A DNA stretch of 39,321 nucleotides, taken from Nemertoderma westbladi (Eukaryota > Animalia > Xenacoelomorpha). Shown here piece by piece: positions 13,301-24,135 of the stretch (position 1 is its first letter; each line of letters opens with the position of its first letter). The position numbers were made by a program, and so were the translations under genes. The DNA lies in assembly GCA_032718475.1 (NCBI GenBank), contig JAUCBJ010006265.1, positions 1 through 39,321 on the forward strand, written 5' to 3'. The notes beneath the pieces were generated by a model. The model had not been told where the DNA came from and made no database searches. It saw only the letters and a list, made by a program, of their open reading frames with translations.

Positions 13301-15480
13301 CCACTCCCTGCCTACCAACTACGTGGCCTACCAGGCCCTCGCTGGGTCTATCCAACCCAGCCACTCCCTGCCTACCAACTACGTGGCCTACCAGGCCCTC
13401 GCCGGGTCTACCTAACCCAGCCACTCCCTGCCTACCAACTACGTGGCCTACCAGGGCCCCATCTGTCTGGCCATACACGCCCGACGTGTTTACATTAATA
13501 GCACCCGTATTGGAAACGGAATTAATTTGTTCGTTCGAAATAAAATCATTTGAATTATCTTGCGCGACTACACTATCTGAATTATTTTGTAAATTCGGGC
13601 TCGCTGAATTATTTAAGTTATTTGGATTATTTTGTGTTATTGCATTACTTAAATTATTTTGTAAGTTCGAATTTGGGTTATTACTTTGATTATTTGGATT
13701 ATTTTGCGTAGCTACATTAATATCAGAATTATTTTCTACATTAATATTAGGAATGTTCTGATTTAAATTTAAATTACTACCACTAGGTAAAGTATTTCCT
13801 GCAATAAAGGTTTGATTAGAATTATCCCATACGGTACTATTAATATTAACCACGTCTACTGTACCATTATCATTATTACCCCCCCCCCCCCCCCGCCCGT
13901 ACGGTCACACCAGTTTTGGGTCTGTCGTGCGGTCCCTGTAAGTGGGGTATTAATAAATGTATCCACGGCCCCTGGCTCCTCTAAAATACTCGAGCCAGTC
14001 TCGCTCTCAGACGCCCCCGCCCGCACCATTTGCAACTCATGCGCGCGTCTAATCCTATGTTCCGAAAGCTCACTTTGGCGTCTCTTTAATTCCTTTTGCT
14101 CTCGCTCAGCTTCTGCCATTCTCCTCTCACACTCCCGCGCGTCCTGGCCAGCCAACTCTGCTACTCTCCTAGCGCTCTCCCTTCGTCTCGCTTCACGCTC
14201 TCTGCGTTCACTTTCCTCCCTCGCCTCACGTTTCTCGCGTTCCGCCTCACGTTCCTTTCGTTCACTTTCCTCCCTCGCCTCACGTTTCTCGCGTTCCGCC
14301 TCACGTTCCTTTCGTTCACTTTCCCACTTCGCCTCACGCTCCTTGCGTTCACTTTTCTCTCTCGCCACACGCTCCTCTTGTTCCTTCAACTCTATTTCAT
14401 CATACTCCCTAAGGCTTCTCAAAGCCCTTTCGGCCTTCTCTCCGGTTTCTCTAATCAATGCCGCTTCCCTCTCTAGCCGCATTCTCCCCTCCTCTAGCCG
14501 TTTATCCATTTCCCTCTGACCTTGCTCTATCAGCTCGAGACGGTACGCGGCACCTGCCTCTCTCACCAGTCTTTCTTTCGCGGAGGATGTAGCAGACTTA
14601 TCGGTCACGACGGACTCCCTTCGCCTCCCCGATCTACTAACTTTCCCCCGCTTCCCGGAACTTCCTCCGACCGATGAGGCCGAATCCTCGGGGTTAACCT
14701 CGGATTCGCCCCCTTCTGGTCCCCTCCAACCCACTAATTTTACTCCCCGGGCATCGACCAAGTATGGCCCTATGTACACTGACGCTACGCTAGGTTCCAT
14801 ACTCCCACATTCCCATAGTTCGAACAGTTCACTGGCAACCCCTTTCGCTCTCTCCTCGGCTAGTTCTCTCTGCCCAAAACGCATTAGGTAATTAAAGTGT
14901 CTATCCGACTCACCTAGTCGTTTCCTCAGTCTCACCTCGTCTATCTTCGCCCCTTCCTTCTTAGCGTCCTTTAGTAGTCTCTGGGTCGCGTTGTAGGCCC
15001 GTCGAAGTCGATCAGAAACCCCGACGTCCTCGTCGCCGATCTCTCTTCCGTCTCTCCGGGTCCGACGTCGTACCGGCGGCCCCACCGTCGCCGTTTCGGT
15101 GGGCCGTTCGTCGCCCTCGGCCTGTAGCTGGCCGGCGACATCGGTACCGATATCTCCTTCGTCTCTCTGCGTCCGGGGCCGCACCGTCGGCCCCACCGTC
15201 GCCGTTTCGGTGGCCGCTCGTCGCCCTCGGCCTGTGGCTGGCCGGCGACACCGGTGCGTCGACCCCCGTCCCGTGTCGACTCGTCTCCTTCTCCCTCGAG
15301 CTCGTTCTCTCTATCCTCCGACTCGACCTCAGGTTCCAGGTCCCCCTCGTCCTGAACTGCCGGATGACCCGTTACCGATGGGTCCGGCGTTGTGGGCCTG
15401 TATCGCCTGGTTGCGGCCTCGCGGATCGTTAGCTCTTCGTCCGGGGTCCGCGTCGGTGTTATCTCTCCCGACTGGCTCAT
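10348..15480 (-). pseudogene. BEL/Pao gag-aspartic protease polyprotein, broken by frameshifts and a stop; RT/RNase H/IN deleted
   Basis: ELPPVEPFKFDG...YLQVYTGGPA...LDREYG (DUF1759-like), LITDPVYS, knuckles CQLHANAFHQTMNC and frameshifted CFRC...GQRAREC, protease LVDSGA. Several frameshifts fall in poly-C tracts. Confidence 0.9.
13163..13458. repeat. 60-bp coding tandem repeat (20-aa unit GLVGHVVGRQGVAGLNRPSE), 4 full plus 2 partial copies
   Basis: ACGTGGCCTACCAGGCCCTCG... units at 13201, 13261, 13321, 13381. Confidence 0.95.
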
Positions 15481-15547
15481 CTTTCTTCTGCAGATTTGGT
15501 GGCTGGTGGTTACTGAGTTTATCTAGGGCGGCAGCTATTTTAGTTAC

Positions 15548-16094
15548 TGTGACGGGATCCAAGAGGGATCCCGGTTTACCCGTTGTTAGTTCACGCGTCC
15601 CCGCCGTGTATAAGGAGTGAATGAGTTTGTGCTGTTTGTCGTATATAATATTTGGATATGCAGATATAGATATAGATATAGATATGAGATAATATTGTCG
15701 TATACGGAAGGCGGGATACGGTAACTAAAGTCCCGGTCCTTCCCTAGCTAAACTATGTAACCTAATCTAGCACCGGTATTGCACTGAGATAACTGAATTG
15801 GTATGATTACTGCCAAGTGGCTATATTGCACGGTTGGCCTTGTTACTCTACCTAATCGATGCCTTTCCCCCCTCTGATTGGTTGATACCCTTGTTGGCGC
15901 CCTTTGGAGTGTTCCTGTTCACTCCACCTATTCTCTCTGGGTTAGGGGTTTGGCCCCTGACCCTCATTGTGTGCTTCTCCTTCCCATTCTTATTGGGATG
16001 CCACGAGTTGGTTAATTACCCAATCTTGTGGCTCCCAATATTGCTTATCGGCTTATAACTTTATGGGGTGTTAGCGGGATTGAATAAGCTAACA
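15548..16094 (-). repeat. Full 5' LTR of the inner element (547 bp)
   Basis: Minus strand TGTTAGC...GTCACA, bounded by the TSD, with the gag start 68 bp downstream. Confidence 0.93.
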
Positions 16095-16101
16095 CTATGG
16101 T

Positions 16102-16842
16102 ATGAAAACAAAAAAGGGTATTGAAATTATTAGTATATTGCAAAAAATATTCCAGAAAGGAAAACAAAACAGAATCGCGACTGATCAAGGTTCTGAGTTT
16201 CTAAATAAATCTGTAAGGAAATATTTAGATACGTTAGGTATACAGTATTACGTAATGTACTCTGCAAATAAGGCGGCTATTGTCGAGAGATTCAATAGAA
16301 CATTAAAAACAAAGATGTTCAAAATTTTCACACAACGGGGAAATAATGTTTGGATAAAAATTTTACCTAAGCTTATCTCGGCTTATAATAGGTCATATCA
16401 TAGGACAATACAAATGACTCCCATTGAAGTTAATAAATTTAATGAAACTGAATTAATGAATAGATTATATGGGAAATATAGACAGATTAATCACAAGAAA
16501 ATAAAATTTAAAGTTGGAGATACAGTACGATTATCTATCGCTCGTACTGCTTTTGCTAAAGGCTATCGAGAACAATGGACACGTGAATTATTTATTATTC
16601 ATCGTGTCAGGTTGGATAGAGTACCAGCGGTAATGTTCGATATTAAGGACAGTGCTGGAGCTATAATAAATGGCTCATTTTATTCATACGAACTCCAAAA
16701 GGTCCACCCGAATAGTAATATTTATCTTCCAATTGACAAAAATATTGGCAAACTTAAAGAACGTGTACGCAATGGGAAGAAAGAATATTTAGTCCGATTC
16801 ATCGGATCCAAGAAACAGTCGTGGGTACAGCATATTCAATAA
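16102..16842 (+). pseudogene. Polinton integrase, C-terminal part with chromodomain-like tail
   Basis: IATDQGSEF, KAAIVERFNRTLK, YNRSYHRTIQMTP, FKVGDTVR, FAKGY..QWT.E.F, GSFY..ELQKV, KKEYLVRFIG...SWV. Confidence 0.92.
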
Positions 16843-17086
16843 GCTTAGGTTTATACTGTATATTAATTCATTTTGGTCACATATGTCCGTAATTAATCAA
16901 TATTAACTCGAATGATATTACTATATCTATAGTTCATCCGCTTTAAATAAAGCCAGTAAAATATTGATCCCTCGCATATACTGTAGAAGATGCGACAATG
17001 AACGTGGTCACAGATGTCTATAATTTAACATTATACTGTATGTACAAAGGAGTCAAGTAGAGAGAGCTTAAATAATAATAATAATA

Positions 17087-17953
17087 ATGGCCACAGATAC
17101 ATATATCACTCTACTTTCAGATAGCTCATTAAACACTTATCCCAATAATAATCCTAGCGAGTTTACTGTTGATTTAGCCGAAGAATTATATATTGGTCCA
17201 AACGCTAAAATTGGGCTTGCCGAGCTACAATACCAAGCAACATACAGTAATATTACGCTGCAAACTCAAATCTCGCTGGCAATCGGGGTAGATGCAAAAG
17301 ATGCCAAATTATATAGTTTATTTCCTGGTATGCATAACTCTATTCAAGTCATTATTGATGATATAAATAAACTGTTTACTTCTGAAGCGAAATATAGAGA
17401 TTTCGAATTCATTTTTAATACAAATAATTCTAGAATTAAATTTAAATTTCCTAAAAAGTTGAAAAAAATACAATTAAGTATACGTGGTGATTTAATTCAA
17501 ATTCTAGGCTTAAAACCGTTATTGAATCAGAATCATCCAGGTATTCCGAATTGGGATATATACAGTACCACTACAGTAGATGAATTAAGCAATATAGAAC
17601 AACCGATATTAATTTTAAATTATAGCGGACCAAAAATTTCGGAAATTGGCATTTTAGATTTTCCAGCTCCCACGAATATAACTCGTAATAAAGATACAAT
17701 CTTCATATACACAGATATTATTAAGAGCTCATTTGTTGGCGACGCTTTAGCTCCGCTCTTAAGAACCTGTCCATTAACACAATTAAATCGAAAATATATT
17801 AATCACGAATACGAGAGCATTTGCTATTACCCATTGTTGAATAAAAAACTAAAAACAATATTAATTACTTTACGTGACGGGCAAGGCGAATTAATTAATT
17901 TTAGCGGAGGTCGCACTGTTATAACACTTAAGTTAATACGCGGTGGAGGGTGA
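17087..17953 (+). CDS. Polinton minor capsid (penton-like) protein, copy 1
   Basis: YITLLSDSS..YPNNNPSEF...IGLAELQY at the N-terminus; IFIYTDII..SFVGD..APLLR...YYPL...I.I.LRD..G..INF..G..VITL at the C-terminus. These match the Maverick penton pattern; it lies between integrase and MCP. Confidence 0.78.
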   Translation: MATDTYITLLSDSSLNTYPNNNPSEFTVDLAEELYIGPNAKIGLAELQYQATYSNITLQTQISLAIGVDAKDAKLYSLFPGMHNSIQVIIDDINKLFTSEAKYRDFEFIFNTNNSRIKFKFPKKLKKIQLSIRGDLIQILGLKPLLNQNHPGIPNWDIYSTTTVDELSNIEQPILILNYSGPKISEIGILDFPAPTNITRNKDTIFIYTDIIKSSFVGDALAPLLRTCPLTQLNRKYINHEYESICYYPLLNKKLKTILITLRDGQGELINFSGGRTVITLKLIRGGG

Positions 17954-18803
17954 TGGATGAATTCTACGTTAGACTACCGAGTAACTCCTGTCCAATTGAT
18001 TTTCCCCGCAATAGCGCTAGTAATTATCAGATCAATTTTCATGGTGCCTTACCTATAAATCCAAACGAAAACTGGGTGGTAGGTATAAAAAGTATATTTT
18101 ACTTAGCCACGTTGCCGTCAATGTATAACAATGTAGAGAATGTTATTTTATTAAAAAAAGGGAAAAAAAATTTTGAGGATACACTTCCATCCGGCTTGTT
18201 CTACAGTATCAATGACATTATAGATTATTTTAACACTGGGGCGTTGAAAGATAAATTACAAATAGTTGAAAATACTCAGCAAAATAGGTTGCAATTTATT
18301 TTAGGGAAAGCGGTGCGAGAGTTATTTATAGGTCAACAATTAGCCTATTATTTTGGAATTACTGAAAATAATCTCGGTGCGAATTTAAATCCAAATTTTA
18401 AAATTATTTTGAAGACGAAAAATAATAACATAAAGGGTTATTTAATAAAGGTTATCGGAAATGAAGAAAAAACTTACCAGATGGTATTTTTATGCCCTCA
18501 ACCACCCAATTCTATTCCAGAACCTAAATCGAACATGTACGAGACTACTAATACAATTGAAAATCAATATATTAATGACTTTGGTTTAGCTTTACTTCGT
18601 CGCGTGGCGATACCTGATGACGTGAAATATGGTAGCATAATAAAAATAAAGAATTTGCCAAGGATACAATTCATTATATCCCTGTAAAAAAATCATATAA
18701 GATAACATACATTCATATTGAAATAACAGACAAAGAAGGAAAAGATTTGAATTTTGAATACGGGACAACATCTATTACATTACACTTTAAACAAATAAAT
18801 TAA
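17950..18803 (+). pseudogene. Polinton minor capsid (penton-like) protein, copy 2, one frameshift near 18645
   Basis: FYVRLPSNS...FPRNSASNY...WVVGIKSIFY; LALLRRV; the shifted frame gives HYIPV...IHIEITDKEGKDLNFEYGTTSITLHFKQIN* (stop 18801-18803). Confidence 0.78.
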
Positions 18804-18804
18804 A

Positions 18805-19367
18805 ATGGATTCTGATTTATTTCAAAGATACAGTAAACCTCAAGTGGTGCAGACTCTAATCTTGCTGTTTTTAAAGGTGGAAGAAGTACCAGAGGGTCGA
18901 CGCAAGTTCCTGTTTTTCGAGGTGGTTCATATATTGACCCTTACGGTCAACAAATTGGTGCATTTGGTCCAAACTTAAAACAACGTCGTTTTCAATGTTA
19001 TCCTAGAGGTATGCGGGCAAATCAACACGGGGAAGGTATATTTACAGACGCTTTATCGACATTGAAAAAATTTGGTAAGCCATTAGCTAAAAAAGTTTTA
19101 CAAAAAGCTTTACCATTTACCACAAAATTTATGAGACAACACGTAATACCAAAAGGTAAGCGGGTCTTACATCAGCAGGCTAATACGGTTATTAATAAAG
19201 CATTAAATAAAATGAAACCGTCAACAAGGTCAGTTGTAGAAAAAGTTTATAGAGATTTAAAGCGACCTGCTAGACCAATGTCTATGAACATACATCATCG
19301 TCGTAGTAATAAAAATAGAAAAATAAAAAAAGGCAAACTGAAACACTGCGAAAAAAGTATTTTTTAA
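18805..19367 (+). pseudogene. Small basic Polinton core/maturation protein (pVII-like), frameshift near 18843
   Basis: Joined reading: MDSDLFQRYSKPQ/GG...AVFKGG...PVFRGG...QHGEGIF..LKKFGKPLAKK...K/R-rich...SIF. Q-x-G-x-G motif and position just before MCP are typical of Mavericks. Confidence 0.65.
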
Positions 19368-19369
19368 TA

Positions 19370-20629
19370 ATGTCAATTATTAAGGAATTAGATTTATTTT
19401 CTACACAGCCAATACAGACTGAATTTAAAGCAAAGCATTATGAAACAATTTACCCAGTATCTAATCTCAGAAGTGAGTCTAGGGAAGTCACGTTCCTTGT
19501 ACCGAGATCCAATGAATTCTATACGAAACTGCAAGATGCGTTATTAATTACAAAATGTACTGTACGGTGGGATAGACGACTTGAAAACTCTCATATATAT
19601 ATGTTGAATTACCCTTCTGGGACTATGTGGAGTGATATTAAAATAGACTTTAATGAGAAGCAGGTTGAAAATAGCAATAACCATTATTTCTACAAGTCGT
19701 ACTTATCCAATTTATTATTTACAACTTAGGAGGATAAAAATGGGCTACTGGGTGCGGGCGGCTTTCGTCAACCTTTAACCGAACATGGAAATGAAATTAA
19801 TCCTGACGCGCATCCTATTGGCGATGCCTTTAGTAAACAAATGCAATTTGTAAGTGGATTGACGATTGATTTTGATACTGAAAGTAAAATAATACAACCC
19901 GGGTATGATTTAAGAATGCATTTTAGAAAAGTATCAAATTCGTTTATTTTTAAAATCACTCCAAACGCAAACGCAGTGACAAATCTTCGATTAGAATTAG
20001 ATGAAGTAAAGATCCTAATCCCTAGAATGGAGGTTAATCCGGTAATAGAAAGCAGTCACCTAAAAGGTTTAGAGAGTTACGATATTGAATATCAATTCCA
20101 AAAAAAGGAGGTTACAACATTTACTATTCCCGCTCAAACCACAAATTACACACAAACAAACATATTTGATGGTAAAAAACCCAAATTAGTTATTATCGGC
20201 TTCATAACAAATAACGCTTATTCTGGAGAATTAATTAGTAATCCCTTGAAATTTGAACATTTTAACCTTAGACGCGCGGAACTGATTGTAGACGGTCTTC
20301 CAGTAGGTGGTGTAATATACGAGCCTAATTTTACAGATGGAACATATATTTTTGAGTATACTCAATTAATGAAGAACATTAATACATATATTAACGGTTA
20401 TGGGTGTAATAATATAGACCATGAAACCTACTTAGGTAATTGCCCCCTCCTATCCTGGGACCTAAACGCCGACGGCTATGTTAGAGATCCGCAACCGTCG
20501 ATATATACTAACGGCCAATTAAAATTAAGATTTGCCGAACCGTTGGTTGAGACCATAAATGTAATCGTTTTTAATATTTATGATCAATCATTAAGTTTAA
20601 ATAGCTGGAAAGAAATACATATCGATTAA
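19370..20629 (+). pseudogene. Polinton major capsid protein (double jelly-roll), one in-frame TAG at 19727-19729
   Basis: ORFs 19370-19729 and 19841-20629 share a frame. Motifs ELDLFS.QPIQT, NIFDGKKPKLVIIGFITNNAYSG...NPLKFEHFNL, L.LRFAEPL.ETINVIV. Confidence 0.88.
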
Positions 20630-20631
20630 GT

Positions 20632-21084
20632 ATGTTATCTACAGAGGACCTTGATATGTTTCCAGTGGGTGGTCACTATTTGGGAGCGTTTCCAGCTAAG
20701 AAATTACCTAAATTAGATAATAATAATAAGCGAAGAGATTATGGGTTAATAGTAAATACCGATAAAGAGCATCTGCCCGGGATTCATTGGATCGCAATAT
20801 ATATACGAGATAATGAGGTTGAATTTGATTCGTTTGGGCCAAAATATCCAAACAGATGCATCGAAAAATGGCTTGAGAAAAATTCAGCGAGGTGGCGTAC
20901 TACTCGCAAACAATTTCAAGACCCCAGGAGGACCACATGCGGCCTATACTGTCTCTATTACTTGGTAAATCGAATTGACACAAACTATCCAATGAGAGCG
21001 TTTACAAATAATGTAGAAATAAATGAAATAATATTATATAAATGGCTTGTTAATTATTATAAAATAAACCAACAAGCGTTGTAA
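20632..21084 (+). CDS. Adenain-like (C5-type) cysteine maturation protease
   Basis: IVNTD...PGIHWIAIY (His), FDSFG (Asp), QFQ....TTCGLYCLYYL (Gln/Cys); directly follows MCP. Confidence 0.93.
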   Translation: MLSTEDLDMFPVGGHYLGAFPAKKLPKLDNNNKRRDYGLIVNTDKEHLPGIHWIAIYIRDNEVEFDSFGPKYPNRCIEKWLEKNSARWRTTRKQFQDPRRTTCGLYCLYYLVNRIDTNYPMRAFTNNVEINEIILYKWLVNYYKINQQAL

Positions 21085-21115
21085 TTAATCATTTAGCTTT
21101 TGTTTATCAGATAAA

Positions 21116-21691
21116 ATGGATAATATTATTTTTGTTGATTTTCAATACTATAAGATAGACAATAAAGAGTATCCGGTAGTATTTAAAGAATTTGCTATAT
21201 TCGATTCTAATTACACCAAAACTAATGTAAAGATGTTTTTATTTAAAGGTCCTCCTAATATTAAGTTATCAGCTTTAGATATAGCTCACGTAAACAATTT
21301 ACGAGACATGACTTCGCATTTACCTTGGGATTACGGCGACATTTCGCAAGATGACTTTAAAAAATACATGAAGAGACATTTAAAATATAAAAAAAATAGT
21401 CATGTATTTGGGTTGATGAAGCAGGCAATATTAGTTTCCCAACTTGATGTTCTCGCTCCAAATTCGATGGAGAAATTGGGAATATATCGACTATATTACA
21501 ACTATTTAACCCCCTGTCGCTTCCACGATCAATTAACTACAGTAGAAGATAAATGTAGTTTCCACTTAAACACAAGGGATAACTGTCTGCGGTACTGCTC
21601 AGCGAAAAGGGTTGGAGGGTATGTAACGAAGCGTTCAACTGCGTCAGGTGATAAACAGAAAGAAATAACTGCGGTGGAAGATGTACTGTAG
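21116..21691 (+). CDS. Polinton accessory protein, possibly degenerate DEDD/RNase H-like fold with a Cys/His tail
   Basis: IIFVDFQ...VFKEFAI...FLFKGP...HLPWDYGDI...CSFH...C-S resembles a recurrent Maverick ORF. Function is inference only. Confidence 0.55.
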   Translation: MDNIIFVDFQYYKIDNKEYPVVFKEFAIFDSNYTKTNVKMFLFKGPPNIKLSALDIAHVNNLRDMTSHLPWDYGDISQDDFKKYMKRHLKYKKNSHVFGLMKQAILVSQLDVLAPNSMEKLGIYRLYYNYLTPCRFHDQLTTVEDKCSFHLNTRDNCLRYCSAKRVGGYVTKRSTASGDKQKEITAVEDVL

Positions 21692-22056
21692 GTTTACTGT
21701 AAGCTTGTAATGTGATGGGATATAATATAATTTTATTTTGGTGATGATCTTGATGTTAATATAAAAATATAATAAAATATAATTTTTTTACAACAAGTTC
21801 TCTAAAAAAGAGTCAATTGCACTAGGTTAACCATACACATTTAACAATATGACGTAGACATAACATGTACAGTAAGTATTCTCGATATCATTCTAATATA
21901 GATATACTGGTATTGCGAAACATCCTATACATCGCAAACTAATAACACATACAGTAGTTGACTAGTAATATTAGTCAGAAATGCAACATAATCTGTATAG
22001 GGTGTAATGATTACCTGTTGGTACCGGTACTGATAAATTCAATAATTTATTATAGG

Positions 22057-22915
22057 CCTATCCACAACTGTCATCCGCTTTATCAGTACCGGTAGTGTTT
22101 TACTCTTCCAACACTGTAGTCGCTGTCTACTGGTATCAGTACAGCAGTAATCTGATGCAAGGAGGGGTCTCACATACAGGGATTAGATCACCTACCCAAA
22201 CAATACAGTACTGCTGTACTGTCGCTGTTGTTGTAACAGCATAGTCAGATAGAGCATACTGATTTCCTTTGATTAGCATTGTACCGCAGTACCAGTACCG
22301 CAGTATTAATGTAACAGTACCCGCAGTAACAAACTAAACCAATGTATACAATATTGTGAGCCAGTTACAATCAGATGTGTACGCAGTCAGCCACGCTGCG
22401 GGGATGCAGTCAACCTCACAGCTAGCCTCGCAGCTCCTATCCACAACTGTCATCCACTTTATCAGTACAGCAGGAATCTGATGTAATAGCATTTGTTTTT
22501 TTTCACCTATAAGGATACTGCTGTCTACCCGAACCTTGATTAGCATACTGCTGTCATAACCTAGAAGGTACGCGTGGCTCTCATATATAGGGATTAGATC
22601 CCCTACCCAAACAATACAGTACTGCAGTACTGTCGTTGTTGTTGTTGTAACAGTATAGTCAGATACAGCATGTTGATTTCCTTTTATTAGCATTGTACCG
22701 CAGTACCGGTACCGCAGTATTAATGTAACAGTACCCGCAGTAACAAACTAAACCATTGTATACAATATCGTGAGCCAGTTACAATCAGATGTGCGCGCGG
22801 TCAGCCTCGCAGCCACCCTCGCGAGCAGCATCGCTGCCAGCCTCGCAGCCAGCCAGCCTCGCAGCCAGCCTTGTGGCACGCAGTTAGCCTCACAGCCAGC
22901 CAGTCAGCCAGCAGC
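22057..22915. repeat. Imperfect ~380-410 bp tandem duplication followed by CAGCC-rich microrepeats
   Basis: CCTATCCACAACTGTCATCC at 22057 and 22436; a ~225-bp block at 22168-22392 recurs at 22579-22806. Confidence 0.88.
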
Positions 22916-23030
22916 TACTACCGGCTAGGCATGCAGTCACCCCGTGAGAGTCATACTTATTCAAACGAGGTTAGTTTTCCCTAACTACCGATAGATCGAA
23001 TGAAAAATAATATTGTTTAATTTTCACCTT

Positions 23031-23585
23031 CTAATCACCAATATATTCTACACCTAAAGTCACAACACCAAACATTAATAAATAATCAACAAGTTTACTA
23101 AATATAGGGTAATAAATATGAAATTTGCTAGGTGAACACATTAAAGTACATTTACCGGTATGAAAGCAGCAAATGACTACGGTATTATTTATTCTTATTT
23201 TGCAATTATTAAAAATTTCAGGTTCATATATAACTTGAAGTTGCACATTATCAAAGACAACATAAAACCCGGTATTGTTTATCAATAACCTATAGACTAC
23301 AGACTTAATACTAAAAATATAAGTACATAAATTAACAGATTTTAAAATCAAATTAATACTAGTTTTATCAAATATATGCTTTTTTACTTTATGGAAATTA
23401 TACTTACTGCCTAATAATATAATACGACCATTTTTAAATATTAATAATGTGGCACCAAATATCTTATATATAAACTGATTTGGTTTGAGTATGTGTTTAC
23501 CAGATAATTGATTTTTTAATTCTTTAAAATTAATCGCTGACACTTGCTGGCAACTTACATTCTTATTAACTATCTGATAGTTCAT
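23031..23585 (-). CDS. Divergent TATA-binding protein (TBP)-like protein
   Basis: Two saddle half-repeats: ATLLIFKNGRIILLGSK (cf. TBP TALIFSSGKMVCTGAK) and YEPEIF...VICCFHTGKCTL (cf. YEPELF...LLIFVSGKVVL). 184 aa fits the TBP core; intronless and overlaps the PolB stop. Confidence 0.8.
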   Translation of the reverse strand: MNYQIVNKNVSCQQVSAINFKELKNQLSGKHILKPNQFIYKIFGATLLIFKNGRIILLGSKYNFHKVKKHIFDKTSINLILKSVNLCTYIFSIKSVVYRLLINNTGFYVVFDNVQLQVIYEPEIFNNCKIRINNTVVICCFHTGKCTLMCSPSKFHIYYPIFSKLVDYLLMFGVVTLGVEYIGD

Positions 23586-24135
23586 TGTTTGGTTCCCGAT
23601 AAATAGGTATATTGTTTTTCTTTATCGGTTTTTCGAGCTTTGTTTGATAGTGACCCCAAGGAAGTGAATGATTTTTATTAACCCAATAAAGTTTATCGTC
23701 AAATGCGCTGAGAGCAAACTTATCTCGTGCTACAGTGTACACTTTGTGTAATTGGCTCTGAAATTGATGCGTTTCCTTGGAAATTTCTTGGTTATCCTTA
23801 TATGCTCTTAAATAATCTTCGTGGCAAATATTTTTATCCACGACAGCTCTTGTTATTCCTTTCGCCCGTCGTATATTCGTTTCATTGAATTCCAAAATTG
23901 AATATAATTTTGGTCTTAAAAATACCGCTTGTTTAATTTCACGTGAGGCTAGTTCATCTTTACAGTAATAGAGTCTGGATTTATTTTTATCGCTGTAGAG
24001 AGGGTTATCCTTGGGGTAATTGGATGTATCTAAAATATTATTTTTAATTAAGGCTTTTAAGAAATTACTCTGCGATGTATTATAGTAACAACCTATTAAA
24101 GAGTCCGTATCTGATGCTACAATATCAATTCGGCA
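23566..24135 (-). pseudogene. Protein-primed family B DNA polymerase, C-terminal ~190 aa, fused in frame to BEL Gag
   Basis: SDTDSL, LDTSNYP.DNPLYS..N, KDE, LRPKLYS, AKGI, LSAFDDK, SLPWGHY are Maverick PolB C-terminal motifs at the end of ORF 23566-25710. Confidence 0.93.

Larger units (their letters stand above)
9953..16094 (-). mobile_element. Inner BEL/Pao LTR retrotransposon (gag-protease only) inserted in the Polinton integrase
   Basis: TG...CA ends; TSD CTATG at 9948-9952 and 16095-16099. Removal restores ...AFAY-G-MKTKKG. LTR copies at 9953-10347 and 15548-16094. Confidence 0.95.
9306..24135. mobile_element. Polinton/Maverick (adintovirus-like) internal segment lacking both termini
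   Basis: Compact AT-rich gene block: integrase, penton-like x2, core protein, MCP and adenain on +; PolB and TBP-like gene on -. No TIRs or packaging ATPase seen. Right boundary approximate. Confidence 0.92.

Noticed and set aside
13012-14519. Long plus-strand ORFs (13012-13689, 13812-14519; also 24863-25594)
   Set aside because: Antisense shadows of repetitive Gag coding sequence, S/R/L-rich with no motifs.
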